Program-made: the position numbers and the translations under genes
Shown here: piece after piece, positions 47,051 through 57,450 of the stretch
How positions within the stretch are numbered: position 1 is the stretch's first letter
How the letters are laid out: each line of letters starts with the position of its first letter
The notes under the pieces: model-generated
Databases searched by the model: none
Told to the model about the DNA's origin: nothing
What the model saw: only the letters and a program-made list of their open reading frames with translations
NCBI GenBank assembly: GCA_023515795.1
Contig: JALGPX010000028.1
Span: 1-64,000 of the forward strand
Source of the DNA: Amoeboaphelidium occidentale
Lineage: Eukaryota
Length of the DNA: 64,000 bases
Reading direction: 5' to 3'

Positions 47051-48262
47051 ATGAAAATGGATGATATTCTGAGACATCATGACAATTACACCGAAACTGA
47101 GTTGGAGAAGAAGTATGAGTACCTTAAAGTCCTCTCTAGAGATCCTCTTGGTCACCCTGAACTGTTCTCTGAAGATCTTGTTGAAGTGATACTAAAAAGT
47201 TCCATTAAACTGAAAGAATCAAAGAAGCTCCTCATAAATTTACTGTTACAAAATGATCAATGTGTTGAATATTTCGTTAAACATGGTGGCGTACTTGTTA
47301 TGTGTCGATATGTTCTTAGTTTGGTGAACCAAGCCTTTGATGCTTCGGATCTTCACATGTTCCTATCGCTAAGGATTCTCTTTATTGTCACAGCAAAGAA
47401 CGCTGGAAGCTCGCTTAAATTAATTGATGAAGGGTTAAATTTCATCAATGCTGCTGATCATTTTCTATCAACCTCAGTCTCACGACAAGCTGAACATTAT
47501 CATGATGCACTCAATGAGTTTCTGAAGCTTGGCTTTAACTTACTCACCCACGAACTACGGAGAAGAGGGGGAAATTATTATTCCGTGAATGATAAGCTTG
47601 GTTTGTTTTTTCAAAGGGCAACCGAAGTTTTCAAGCAAGATGATGTTCCAATTCATGTCCGTTACCAAGCGATACACGTTTTCATTCATTATTCGGATAT
47701 ATCTTTTGATAGTTTTGATGGTCTGTTAGTATGTAAGATACTTGAAGTGATTCTTTCAGTGAAGAATACAGAATCGTTTCATGGTGTTGTTGCGTCTCTG
47801 TTGAGTTTGATCAAAGGGAACACAGAGTTACAAGAGCGTTTCCGCGGGAATATTCTTCCGGACAATATGGATAGAAGCCTTCCTCTTGTTTCTGGCAAAA
47901 ATGACTACAATTTACTCATTGCGCTTCTGACAGAGATTACAAACGAAAATGATCGGCATGTGTTTGAAGAGTTTCTATGGTATCTATGTGGATGCGATCC
48001 GGCAAAGGTGGTCTATTATTGCAGCTACGGATCTTCCGCGGGTTTATTAATGCGCAAAGGTGTTTTAAATCTTTCTCAGATAGATTTCACAACACTGAAG
48101 GTCGACTTATCGGATATTGACTTGATTACTGGAGCTAAAAAGGGCCCAAAGCTGCCTTTAACAGATCCATCGTCATCTCTCAAGGAGAACGATGAAGATT
48201 ATATTAAAGTTGAAAAGGCTCTTGATAGACTTGCAGAACTGGGATGGAAATTTGAGCAGTGA
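47051..48262 (+). CDS. RIC8: Ric8/synembryn G-alpha GEF/chaperone
   Basis: LKVLSRD, FLSLRILFIVT, FLWYLC, YGSSAGLL...IDLITG, L.RL.ELG. Confidence 0.75.
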   Translation: MKMDDILRHHDNYTETELEKKYEYLKVLSRDPLGHPELFSEDLVEVILKSSIKLKESKKLLINLLLQNDQCVEYFVKHGGVLVMCRYVLSLVNQAFDASDLHMFLSLRILFIVTAKNAGSSLKLIDEGLNFINAADHFLSTSVSRQAEHYHDALNEFLKLGFNLLTHELRRRGGNYYSVNDKLGLFFQRATEVFKQDDVPIHVRYQAIHVFIHYSDISFDSFDGLLVCKILEVILSVKNTESFHGVVASLLSLIKGNTELQERFRGNILPDNMDRSLPLVSGKNDYNLLIALLTEITNENDRHVFEEFLWYLCGCDPAKVVYYCSYGSSAGLLMRKGVLNLSQIDFTTLKVDLSDIDLITGAKKGPKLPLTDPSSSLKENDEDYIKVEKALDRLAELGWKFEQ

Positions 48263-48273
48263 CGATATTCTAT

Positions 48274-49172
48274 TTACTGGCTCGTTTGCAATTTTTCAGA
48301 TAATGCTATTTGCGATCTTATTAACTTTGCTAGATCTGAAATCATCTTTGAGTCCTTCTTATTCTGCTCAATAGATTTTATAATCTTCTCGTCGTAACTT
48401 GTCGGTAGTTTAGATAAGACATTCATAAATTCGTTGAAACGCTTTGAGTCGCCCTTAACTTTACCACTCTAAGAATAAGACAAACTTCAAGAATGATAAA
48501 CTTACGAGAACATCTTGAATGTAAGAACCGGAATCTTCGATAAATGCCTTGAGCATGCTAGTGCTCTTCTCAAGATCTGCTAAAGTCGATCCAGGATTAC
48601 TACTGATAACCACTTTGGTCTTGTCTTCTTCGTTAGCACCATCTTTAACGGTAAAGCCGCATGGAACAAATGATGCCCCTATACGAGGAGTATCATCATC
48701 AAAGCCACCAATAGCGTTGCACCGGAAAACACGTAAATGCTCTTCGTTATCTTCGAATGAAGGGTTAACAAGCAAAAGAATTGGAGCCTTGTCTCCGCAC
48801 TCCAAAGCGTAATTCTCATTGAGCAATGGCGTTATTGCGTCTATGTTCTTTCCGTTCATGTACCATCCAACAACGTAATCAGAAGGACTCATACGCGTCT
48901 GCAGCTCAAGCATGCTTCTGTGGTACTCCATATTGAGAGAAATCTAAATGCGCATTGTGGAATTAAAGGCTTTTAAGAGGTCTGCGTACCTGATCATCGG
49001 CTCTAATTATTGGGACAGCAAAGCTTCTTGTGATTTCCACATTCTTTCCACGGTTGCTGTATCTGCCAAGTAAAGTGCCAACTACCAATTCTTCGCTTTC
49101 ATCCCTTCTCATGTAGCTGTCCAGAATGGATAAGACGACAACGGAATCTACGCTAATTGAGGATTTATTCAT
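48274..49172 (-). CDS. MPN-domain protein, eIF3 subunit F-like (two introns)
   Basis: VVVLSILDSYMRR...VVGTLLG...VEITRSFAVP, VVGWY, C-terminal helices. Confidence 0.85.
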
Positions 49173-49209
49173 GTCTTCAAAGTGATTTAAAGGAAACAGA
49201 AGAGATGTC

Positions 49210-50283
49210 TTACAAATGAGCAGATTTCAACTCAGCCCTTTTTGACAATGCATGTTCGCATATTTTAATGGCTTCTAAAGCTGAGCCCCAACTTGACTGA
49301 TATCCATATGAGCCATGACCATAATTGTGAACAAGAACGAATTTGGGCGTTTCTTCAGACTCAATACGAATACCACCTGCCCTCGATGGTCTTATTCCTA
49401 CGCCGTGTCTTATGATCTGTAGGCCATCTTGTTCAAGAGCTTTCAGTTCTGGTGATATTTCTACACATCTCTGGATGATCTCTTTTGCTGTTTCAATGCT
49501 CGGTTTAACATTTGCATTATGCACTTCATAAGTTCCGCCCAATAAAACAGTTCCATCATCTCTTGGAATAATATACGCAGCCTTATTATACTCTGGCCCA
49601 GGCATGCGTGTTATAGACATCTTATGGTCTGCTTTGATCAAAATAGTCTGACCTCTTGTAGGGTACAAATCCAAATCTCTGACACCTCCCAACCATTTAG
49701 AGCCAAGCCCTGTACAGTTAAAGACAACTGCGGAGTCGTACTGGGCCAATTCTTTGATATGTTTCACATCACGGACGACTGTTTTCCCACCCAGCGATTC
49801 AAACTGTAACCACAACCAACGAAGATATTTAACAACATTAATGGTGACAGTTTTAAAACTAAACCCAGAAGCAGCACCATCAACAAGTTCATTCTTGTTG
49901 AGCAAACGGTAATCATGCACAAGATTCTTATACCAGGGATTCTCCGGAGCACCAGCAGCTGAACCATCAGTTTTACGAAGGTAATTAACAGAAGTCACTC
50001 GCATAATACCAGTTTCTTCATATTTCGATAATTCCCAAAATGTTTTGAATGTTACAGACTCGATGGCGTGCAGTTTATGATCTGAAGCCGAAGCAAAAGA
50101 TGACCAATGAGCACCTGCTTCTTTGGAGGCATAAAAGGGATCTTTATCAATTGTCTTGCTATCAGGGAATGCCTTTGAAACAATAGTGACTTTGTAACCT
50201 TTCTCTTGTAAGAGCAATGCTGTAGACAACCCAATTACTCCTGCGCCAAGTACAACTCCTTTTTCTGATCTTCCGGAGGTCAT
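49210..50283 (-). CDS. DAO: D-amino-acid oxidase
   Basis: VLGAGVIGLSTA, FNCTGLGS, RGQT, YIIPR, GIRPSR, HNYGHGSYGYQSSWG; ends in AHL (PTS1-like). Confidence 0.93.
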   Translation of the reverse strand: MTSGRSEKGVVLGAGVIGLSTALLLQEKGYKVTIVSKAFPDSKTIDKDPFYASKEAGAHWSSFASASDHKLHAIESVTFKTFWELSKYEETGIMRVTSVNYLRKTDGSAAGAPENPWYKNLVHDYRLLNKNELVDGAASGFSFKTVTINVVKYLRWLWLQFESLGGKTVVRDVKHIKELAQYDSAVVFNCTGLGSKWLGGVRDLDLYPTRGQTILIKADHKMSITRMPGPEYNKAAYIIPRDDGTVLLGGTYEVHNANVKPSIETAKEIIQRCVEISPELKALEQDGLQIIRHGVGIRPSRAGGIRIESEETPKFVLVHNYGHGSYGYQSSWGSALEAIKICEHALSKRAELKSAHL

Positions 50284-50385
50284 TTCGCGGTATCAAGTTC
50301 AACCCTGTGGATGCTTACTTGAATGCTACTATGAAACGATCAATAACTCAATGGCTAGGCGCTAGAGGGTTCTATTAGAGACATT

Positions 50386-51018
50386 TCAACGGTACAAAAG
50401 TATCTGAAACAGAATAACAAAGTCCACCAGCAGTTGGATTGCAGCACAAAGCATAAATTGGTATGGCGCACTGGTCGTGTAGAAGTAGCCCATCTTGTAG
50501 AGATCTCCAGCAAACCACGTGAACAAAAGGCTGAAACTGAATCCCTTGGATGATTTCCTCTTGTAGTTATTGTAAACTTGTGGGAACCCTAACCCACTCT
50601 CAATGCACAGCGAAACCATTCCGATTAACTCAAAATACTCATGTTTATCATAAAATATGAACGTCAGAATAGAAATTGCCACAGAAAATTGTAAAATTGT
50701 TAGTGCGTACGGTGTTAATCTTGTCCAACCCCAAAACTGTTTCGATGCATTCGCTGCAACAGACTTCGGAATGTAGCGCACACAAATCTCCAACAGAAAT
50801 AATTGCGCAATTATCATAACAATTGACTGGTATAGTAACGTTGAATCAAAACGCTTTCCAACCCAAAACGCAATTCTGCTTATGTTTGCTGCGAGCAGAA
50901 CACCACATATTGAATGCGAGAAGCCCTTTGATGATTTATTTTTACTAATTTCGTAATATTGCGAAATGTAGCCTGCGACTGGGCCTGTTATAACGGCTAA
51001 TTTTGTAAGCAAATCCAT
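50386..51018 (-). CDS. PQ-loop protein, Any1/PQLC1-like
   Basis: Y..I...KSSKGFS..ICGVLL.ANI.RI.FW, LLYQSIVMI, PQVYNNY, WFAGDLYK. Confidence 0.88.
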   Translation of the reverse strand: MDLLTKLAVITGPVAGYISQYYEISKNKSSKGFSHSICGVLLAANISRIAFWVGKRFDSTLLYQSIVMIIAQLFLLEICVRYIPKSVAANASKQFWGWTRLTPYALTILQFSVAISILTFIFYDKHEYFELIGMVSLCIESGLGFPQVYNNYKRKSSKGFSFSLLFTWFAGDLYKMGYFYTTSAPYQFMLCAAIQLLVDFVILFQILLYR

Positions 51019-51028
51019 TTGGTTCAAA

Positions 51029-51853
51029 ATGACAACGTCAAACGTCTTGGAGAATGTATTTGGGACTCTGAGTCTCATCCTTCTCACAGCACAGTTGATA
51101 CCTCAGGTTTTGCACAGCTACCGCCGTGGTAGTACAGAAGGGTTGTCCATCAGCATGATGCTTCTTTGGTTTTTTGGTTGCTTGTTCCAAGTTCCGTATT
51201 TCATTTATGCCAACGTTTCTGTGCCGCTCATAGTCCAAGCAGTATGCTTTCAATTTCTCACAATGATTTGTATCATTCAAGATTGTTACTATGATAACCA
51301 GGGAAGGTGGGCTGGTTTGTTTAGAAAGAAGCGCATGAAACGATCATTAGATGATTCTCAAGTTGAGTTCAAGACAGCAGGTATTGATGAGCATGCTGGT
51401 CCATCTGAAGATAGCACAGATACTTTAAGCGTAGTTGAGGAAGCAGATCTTGTAACTTTCCAGCCAACGTTGCGTGTCAGAGTAACAAATTCGATTATTA
51501 CAACTGCTTTAGTTGCTATTGTTTGGGTGTGTTTTGAAGTTGGTTTTTACTTTTGGATGGTTGCAACAAACAGCTCTGCTTTGATCACAACAGTTGGGTT
51601 GATGTCGACGATAAGCACTATAATCGGTTTCATTCCGCAGTACGTTGTTGTTTTACGATCTCGAAATGCTGATGGGCTGAGCCTATTTTTCTTGGTAATG
51701 GATTGTTTGGGAGGAATATTTGGTGTGCTAAGTCTTTTGATGGCCGAAGGATCTCTTGATATCCTAGCAACCTTGATATTTGCATCAATAGCTATTGGGG
51801 AATTGGGATTAATTGCTTTATATTTCATCTTCAAGAAAAAGAATGCGTCGTAG
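51029..51853 (+). CDS. PQ-loop repeat membrane protein (Ypq/PQLC2-like)
   Basis: QLIPQV...STEGLS and GFIPQY...DGLS..F..MD..GG repeats. Confidence 0.88.
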   Translation: MTTSNVLENVFGTLSLILLTAQLIPQVLHSYRRGSTEGLSISMMLLWFFGCLFQVPYFIYANVSVPLIVQAVCFQFLTMICIIQDCYYDNQGRWAGLFRKKRMKRSLDDSQVEFKTAGIDEHAGPSEDSTDTLSVVEEADLVTFQPTLRVRVTNSIITTALVAIVWVCFEVGFYFWMVATNSSALITTVGLMSTISTIIGFIPQYVVVLRSRNADGLSLFFLVMDCLGGIFGVLSLLMAEGSLDILATLIFASIAIGELGLIALYFIFKKKNAS

Positions 51854-51911
51854 TAACGAAGTCGGTGGTGTTCCTTTTGAATTTGTTTGAAACGAGAGAA
51901 GAATCACGTGA

Positions 51912-53004
51912 ATGAATAATAGATACTTGAAAGCAGCAAAATCATTCGTGTTTGACGAATTTGGCGCACCAAATAAAGTGCTTAGGTTCTTGTTACTATT
52001 GACTCGTGCTTATTATTGCTAGCGCCAGAAACATTAACCTCGGACAGCTTGGGGCAACGTCTTTGCTGTTGAAATTCAAGTATGCTCCAATAAACCCGTC
52101 TGATATTAATCAGATACAGGGAGTGTATCCCATTAGACCAGATGTTCCGAATGCATTTGCTGGAAACGAAGGCTTGGCAGAGGTTGTTCAGGTTGGTTCT
52201 GGTCTAGGTCAAAAATGGGTTGAAGGAGATCTTGTTATTCCAACTAAGCCATGTTTTGGTACCTGGCGTAACTATGCTGTCGCTAAACCTGAAGATTTGG
52301 TGAAACTACCAAAAGATACTCCGCATTTGGAGGCTGCCACGCTTTCTGTGAATTTATGCTCAGCTTATCGCATGATCAAAGACTTTTCTGGTTGCAAAGG
52401 AAGAATAATTCAGAATGCAGCAAATTCTGGTGTAGGGAGATACGTTATTCAGTTGGCTAAAGTATGGGGATATGAAACAGTTAATATAATCAGAAAACGA
52501 GACGATGTTTCAAAGCTTGTTCAGGAGCTACAAGATATTGGGGCATCGGAAATTATATTCCAAGAGGACTTAGTTTCTAGTCGTGCATCTTTGAAGGAAA
52601 AGTATCCAGGCGGTTTTGACTTAGCATTGAATTGTGTTGGAGGAAATGTTGCAGTTGAAATGCTGCGCCACTTAAAAGACGGTGGAACAATGGTGACTTA
52701 CGGCGCAATGTCCAGAGAACCGATTTCTGTTCCTGCATCTTTGTTGATCTTCAAAGATATTGCGTTACGTGGATTCTGGATGGGCAAGTGGAAACAAGAT
52801 CATTCTTCAAGCAAAGAGTATTCTGAAATGATGAAACAATTATTGGATTACATCAAGACGGGCCAGATAAAATCCCAACCGGTTCATGTTATCGACTTGG
52901 ACTTTTCGCACGACAACAAAATTTTAGAGAACACTTTGAAGGACGCTCTAACATTGGCATCGAAGCCATATTTGGACAAAAAAGTAGTTTTAAAAATGAC
53001 ATAA
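51912..53004 (+). CDS. MECR: Mitochondrial enoyl-[ACP] reductase (one 5' intron)
   Basis: APINPSDINQIQGVYP, GNEG, GTWR, IIQNAANSGVG, LALNCVGG, VTYGAMS, LIFKDIALRGFW. Confidence 0.92.
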
Positions 53005-53018
53005 ATGCCTATTTTAAT

Positions 53019-54023
53019 TCACATACCATACGCTCCGCCCATAGGTGAGGCTGAACCGCTGGAACTTGAAAAGCTTGGGTAACTCCCGAAAATTTTAACA
53101 TCATTAGCAAACTCTCTCAAATTCTCCAGTGCGTTTCTAACAACCTCTTTGTTTTGACCACCATCAATGTCAACATAAATGACGTATTCCCAAGGACTAC
53201 GAGTAGAAGTCAAAGAAGAATAAGCTCTTGGAGATGGTCTTGTTTCAATACTGTGAACGTTGATGTCACGGAACGCAAAGCAACCCAAAGCCTTAAAAAT
53301 CATACCAGGTGAATTTTTCAGCAATAAAGCAACGCTAGTCTTATTGGATCCTCTCTGTGAAGAAATTGTTAGTTGTTCAGTACTCAGAGGTTTCTGCGCC
53401 AACAAAAGATAGCGTGTAGCACTCATCAAATCATTCTCGACATTCTCCTTCAGCATACGCAATCCATACACGGAAGCTGCAGCAGGATTTGCAATAACAG
53501 CAGCTTTCACTAAATGCTTCTCCTTCAGCAAGCGAGCAGAGTTGGCAGTATCTTGCATTCCATGAATGACCAAGTTTCCCTTTCTAGCAGCCTTAATTTC
53601 ATTCAAAATATTCGAGCACTGTTCTAAAACATGCGGATGACTGTAAACTTCTTCAATATCACTCAGCTGGTTTATGTCTGTCCCTGCTAGTAGAGCGTTT
53701 TGTTCATGCACTGTCCATTCGCCAACAATGTGCACTGAACCAGCATTACTCAACAAGTCATACAACTGTGCAAATGTTCCGGAATGAGTATTCTCAATGG
53801 GTAACAAAGCGAAGGATATTTCATTTGCCTTCAGCTTCGCAAATACATCATCCAAAGCTTCGAAGCCGTGCGTTTCAAAAGAAGGCGCCTTCTCTTCTGC
53901 GCTACTGAAAAGCGGATGTTGCAAATTGTTGTTGAGTTTTAAGTTGTTAAAGAAAGCCCTAATGGCCACTTCACTGTGTGCGCCAGTTGATCCCTGGAAT
54001 CCAACTTTGACGGCTTGTTTCAT
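53019..54023 (-). CDS. PHA2: Prephenate dehydratase with ACT domain
   Basis: VGFQGSTGAHSE, LPIENT, YSHPHVLEQC, TRY, IETRP, IFGSY. Confidence 0.92.
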   Translation of the reverse strand: MKQAVKVGFQGSTGAHSEVAIRAFFNNLKLNNNLQHPLFSSAEEKAPSFETHGFEALDDVFAKLKANEISFALLPIENTHSGTFAQLYDLLSNAGSVHIVGEWTVHEQNALLAGTDINQLSDIEEVYSHPHVLEQCSNILNEIKAARKGNLVIHGMQDTANSARLLKEKHLVKAAVIANPAAASVYGLRMLKENVENDLMSATRYLLLAQKPLSTEQLTISSQRGSNKTSVALLLKNSPGMIFKALGCFAFRDINVHSIETRPSPRAYSSLTSTRSPWEYVIYVDIDGGQNKEVVRNALENLREFANDVKIFGSYPSFSSSSGSASPMGGAYGM

Positions 54024-54086
54024 CGTGCGAAAATTTTGGAAGGTTTGCAAGAGGCCAAATAGGCATTCAAAAAGAGTAGAAAATAG

Positions 54087-54593
54087 TTACATCTTTATTC
54101 CTGATTTCTTGTTTACAGCCGACACAGCTTCATCGCTGTTTCTTTCATTATGATCATCAATTGAAACTGCGCGCTTTCGTTTACCTTGTCTTGTTTTAGC
54201 TTCAGGGTGAGGTACATTCAGTATTCCGTAGCTAGACAGAACATTTTCCAAATAGGCTATCCGTTTGTTAGCGTTGTTCAATTCCTGCGCTAGCATGATA
54301 CTTGAGTCCCAGTCTTGTTTCAAGTGTAAAACAGCTTTGCTTAGAGTTAACTTATCAGAGTGGCATTTAAGTAAAGAAGACGCGATTTTCTTGCAGGATT
54401 TGCAGGATTTCTCATCTTCTTCTGTTGGGGCATCCAAAGCAGCACCAATAACGTTCTGATATTTCTCATATATTGATGAAACAGCATCAGGATTCCTAAC
54501 GACTTCTGATAACACATCACTAACTGGCTGCATCTTCTCTCTAACAGCAAAAGACGTATTTGCATTTGAAATATTGGCTGTTTCGTTTTGCAT
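54087..54593 (-). CDS. Hypothetical coiled-coil protein
   Basis: ORF with heptad-like stretch and basic NLS-like GKRKR; no family recognised. Confidence 0.5.
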   Translation of the reverse strand: MQNETANISNANTSFAVREKMQPVSDVLSEVVRNPDAVSSIYEKYQNVIGAALDAPTEEDEKSCKSCKKIASSLLKCHSDKLTLSKAVLHLKQDWDSSIMLAQELNNANKRIAYLENVLSSYGILNVPHPEAKTRQGKRKRAVSIDDHNERNSDEAVSAVNKKSGIKM

Positions 54594-54672
54594 TTGGAAC
54601 ACGAGTACAAAAATGGAACGAAACCAATCCGGATTGTGCACAATCCAAGTCTACTAGTGAGTAGTGTACTGC

Positions 54673-55120
54673 CAGAGATGGGTACCTGAAATTACTACAC
54701 GAGTACTACCCGGTTTAGTACCTGAGTACTAGGTTTAGACATATGTGAAACGAAAAATTTTAACTTTAAAAGTCGGTTTTCTTCCNNNNNNNNGTACCTG
54801 AAATTACTACACGGGTACTACCCGGTTTAGTACCTGAGTACTAGGTTTAGACATATGTGAAACGAAAAATTTTAACTTTAAAAGTCGGTTTTCTTCCCGT
54901 CAGAAAACAAAAATTAGTCATGATATAATAAATAATGTCAGACATCATTATAATTGACTCGGATACACCACAGACCACTACTACCATCGATTTGACTCAC
55001 GATACATCTGTTTTGTTCTCTTTTGACGTTAGAATGAATCGAAACGATCATAATTGATCATGAAACTATGGTATTCAGGTAGGTACCCCATGGTACTACA
55101 ATTCTAGTACCCATGTAGTG
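54673..55120. mobile_element. Degenerate non-autonomous DNA transposon (hAT/MITE-like); internal 104-bp duplication across N gap 54786-54793
   Basis: Left end CAGAGATGGGTAC; partial inverted match GTACCCAT at 55107-55114; GTAC/TACC/AGTACT clusters at both ends; no ORF. Confidence 0.4.
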
Positions 55121-55303
55121 GGTAGGGCGTACACTATCATTATGAAAAAGGAAATGGGTAACGCGACAGCTGGTTCTTATAGCAGAGTTGTTTGGACTTA
55201 TGGCTTACTTCAGGTGATGATGGCTTATGTCAGCTGATCATATGCGCGCAGAGTTGGTTGGACTGAATCGTTGCTATGGAAACAGTGTCTTTAGTGATAT
55301 GGA

Positions 55304-56308
55304 TTACATCCAGTTGGTGCGCATCCAGTCAGTAACAGATTGAAACACTACAAGAAGAATACCACCACCAGGTCCTAGTCTAATCACTTTCGGAGTGAAA
55401 CCCTTCCATAACGCTTTAACACCTTCTTCTCTAGCGATCTGAGCCAAACCTGGAATTGCCCAGCCACTGTAAACATTATTTTGAACTCGGCTCTTCACGA
55501 CATCAAAAGGAGTGTTGAAAAAAGTAGCGACTGTTCCACCGACTAATCCAGCAACGAATCTTGTGCCCATTTGACCAAAAGAGTCTTCAAGTTTCATAGA
55601 TTTTACACCGTCTGTCACAACTCCAATTAAACCAAAGTAAGCACCAGACCAGATTCTAAAACCATAAACGATCATCAGAAGTTATCACATTACCCGTGCC
55701 TCCACAAAGTGCTCTCTAATCCTCTTGAAAATGCAAACACACCCTCCTCTGTGATAATTTTTCTTAAACAGTCTAAAGTGTTTTTGTAACGAGCTGCATT
55801 AGCCTTGTCTTGCAAGCGGATTTTAACAAGTTCGAAAGGAACCACAACAAATGCCTCAGTGCATCCAGCTGCAACTCCTGTAAGAACCGGAAGGAAAGGC
55901 CTCCATTGACGTTTAACTTCTGCGCTCGCATCTGCCTTATCCAAACCAATAAGCGATGAGAATAGAGTGGTATATTGCTCGTTAGCTGCAAATTTAATGG
56001 CCCTCTTCGGCGCTTCCATCAGAATAGGCGGAACTATGCCACGGTAGAGTCTACCGAAACCCTCTTCCTTAATAATCTTTCGAAACGCATCAAGAATCGA
56101 CGTGTACTGGGCTCCTCCAGATGCTTTGGTTTGTAACTGAAATCTGGTTTTAACTAAAGCATCAGCATAATCTTTGGCTCGCAGACATACCCAAGTCAAG
56201 CGGATACATAATCAAGATTTCTGAAGTCCCTGCAATACCTCCTGCAGCAAATTGGTACAGGAATGGTAGCGGTTTCTTAGCCGCGCTGTTTCCTTGTGGA
56301 TTCGACAT
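55304..56308 (-). CDS. ODC1: Mitochondrial 2-oxodicarboxylate carrier (two introns)
   Basis: KPLPFLYQFAAGGIAG..EILIMYPLD, EAPKRAIKFAAN, PFELVKIRLQ, TPFDVVKSR, RLGPGGGILLVVF. Confidence 0.92.
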
Positions 56309-56328
56309 ATGAAAAAGAAGTAACAAGT

Positions 56329-56784
56329 CTATTGCTTCGACTTCTCTTGGATTTCATGCACATAACTAGAAATCGCAATCTTGTACTTCTCAAGTAAATC
56401 TGGTGGTAGCAAATTGTTTAAATGGTTGCTCTGGATAAAGTGGTGCACTAAGAGAGACGGAATAACGTTCTTATGAACTTGCAATAAAAAAGTTCCAACC
56501 TTTAAATCTAGAGAGAGTTCCGCTATGATGGCATCATTATTCTCTTTCAGCTCAGCAGTAGAAGAGGCAATAACGTCTGCGCTTGACTCTTTGGATTCTT
56601 TTTCCTTGGTATCTTCTCTTGAGTTGTTGTGAAAGCTCGATTTTCTTCCTCCTCTACCACTGTGACCTCCTCTACTAGGCCCATTGTAATTCTTCTTGTA
56701 TGGCCTACCCCTACTATTGAAGTTACTGACTCTTCTATCTTTCCGCACAGATTCTTCCTGCTTCGAATTGTTCTCGGAGTCCAT
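56329..56784 (-). CDS. Hypothetical protein with RGG-like region
   Basis: SRGG/GRGG-rich N-terminal half and a small globular C-terminal domain. Confidence 0.6.
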   Translation of the reverse strand: MDSENNSKQEESVRKDRRVSNFNSRGRPYKKNYNGPSRGGHSGRGGRKSSFHNNSREDTKEKESKESSADVIASSTAELKENNDAIIAELSLDLKVGTFLLQVHKNVIPSLLVHHFIQSNHLNNLLPPDLLEKYKIAISSYVHEIQEKSKQ

Positions 56785-56807
56785 CGCAACAAACAAAAAA
56801 AGAATAT

Positions 56808-57047
56808 CTATTTCCAGTCTAGCTCAAGCTCTTCCATTGTCTTTTCTATCTTGGCATTCCTTTCTTTCATAGCCTTGTTGTTCTGCAGCCTTTTCAGGTC
56901 TCGCTGTAGCTTCATGCATGCACTCATTTGTTCGTATAATGCGCTACAGCCATTATAGTATCTCTTCCACGTAGCGTTGCAGGCATCATATTCAAAGATT
57001 AGATTAGCGCATTCAGAATACATTGGGTCATTTGTATTAGCGTGCAT
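56808..57047 (-). CDS. CMC2: Twin-CX9C COX assembly protein, Cmc2-like
   Basis: MH start, CX9C...CX9C, charged helical tail. Confidence 0.75.
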   Translation of the reverse strand: MHANTNDPMYSECANLIFEYDACNATWKRYYNGCSALYEQMSACMKLQRDLKRLQNNKAMKERNAKIEKTMEELELDWK

Positions 57048-57450
57048 CGTGAAGGTATTGAGGAATTTGTTGAGGTCAAAGGGCAGAAAAGATTGGCCAA
57101 AAGATTTACGTCATCCTTCTTCTTCAAACTGTTAAACTCTCAAAGAGACGGATTCTGGTAATATGCTCATTGATGCTATGAATGCGTTTACAGAAATCCA
57201 GTTAATTGAAACCTGACGTCGCTGTTCAATTTAATGGGACTCGGGAGAAACAGTAGCTTTCACCGATAATTGATAAAGTGCTTTACAGTCTTGGTGAAAT
57301 GGAATTGTTTGCACAATGGAAGTTGTGCCGAATTTGATCCGGGAAACAATGCGAGTAAAATTTCATTGGGAATCAATCTTTGAGACAACGATGCTGCATT
57401 CAAGTTAATGATAGCTATCTAGGAATATTACTCACACAATTACTGTTTTA

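Noticed and set aside
50386..51087. Coding overlaps implied by the ORF track (also 25144/25188, 46871/46994, 32935/32947)
   Set aside because: They come from GTG/TTG-extended ORF calls; with the first ATG the CDSs do not overlap.
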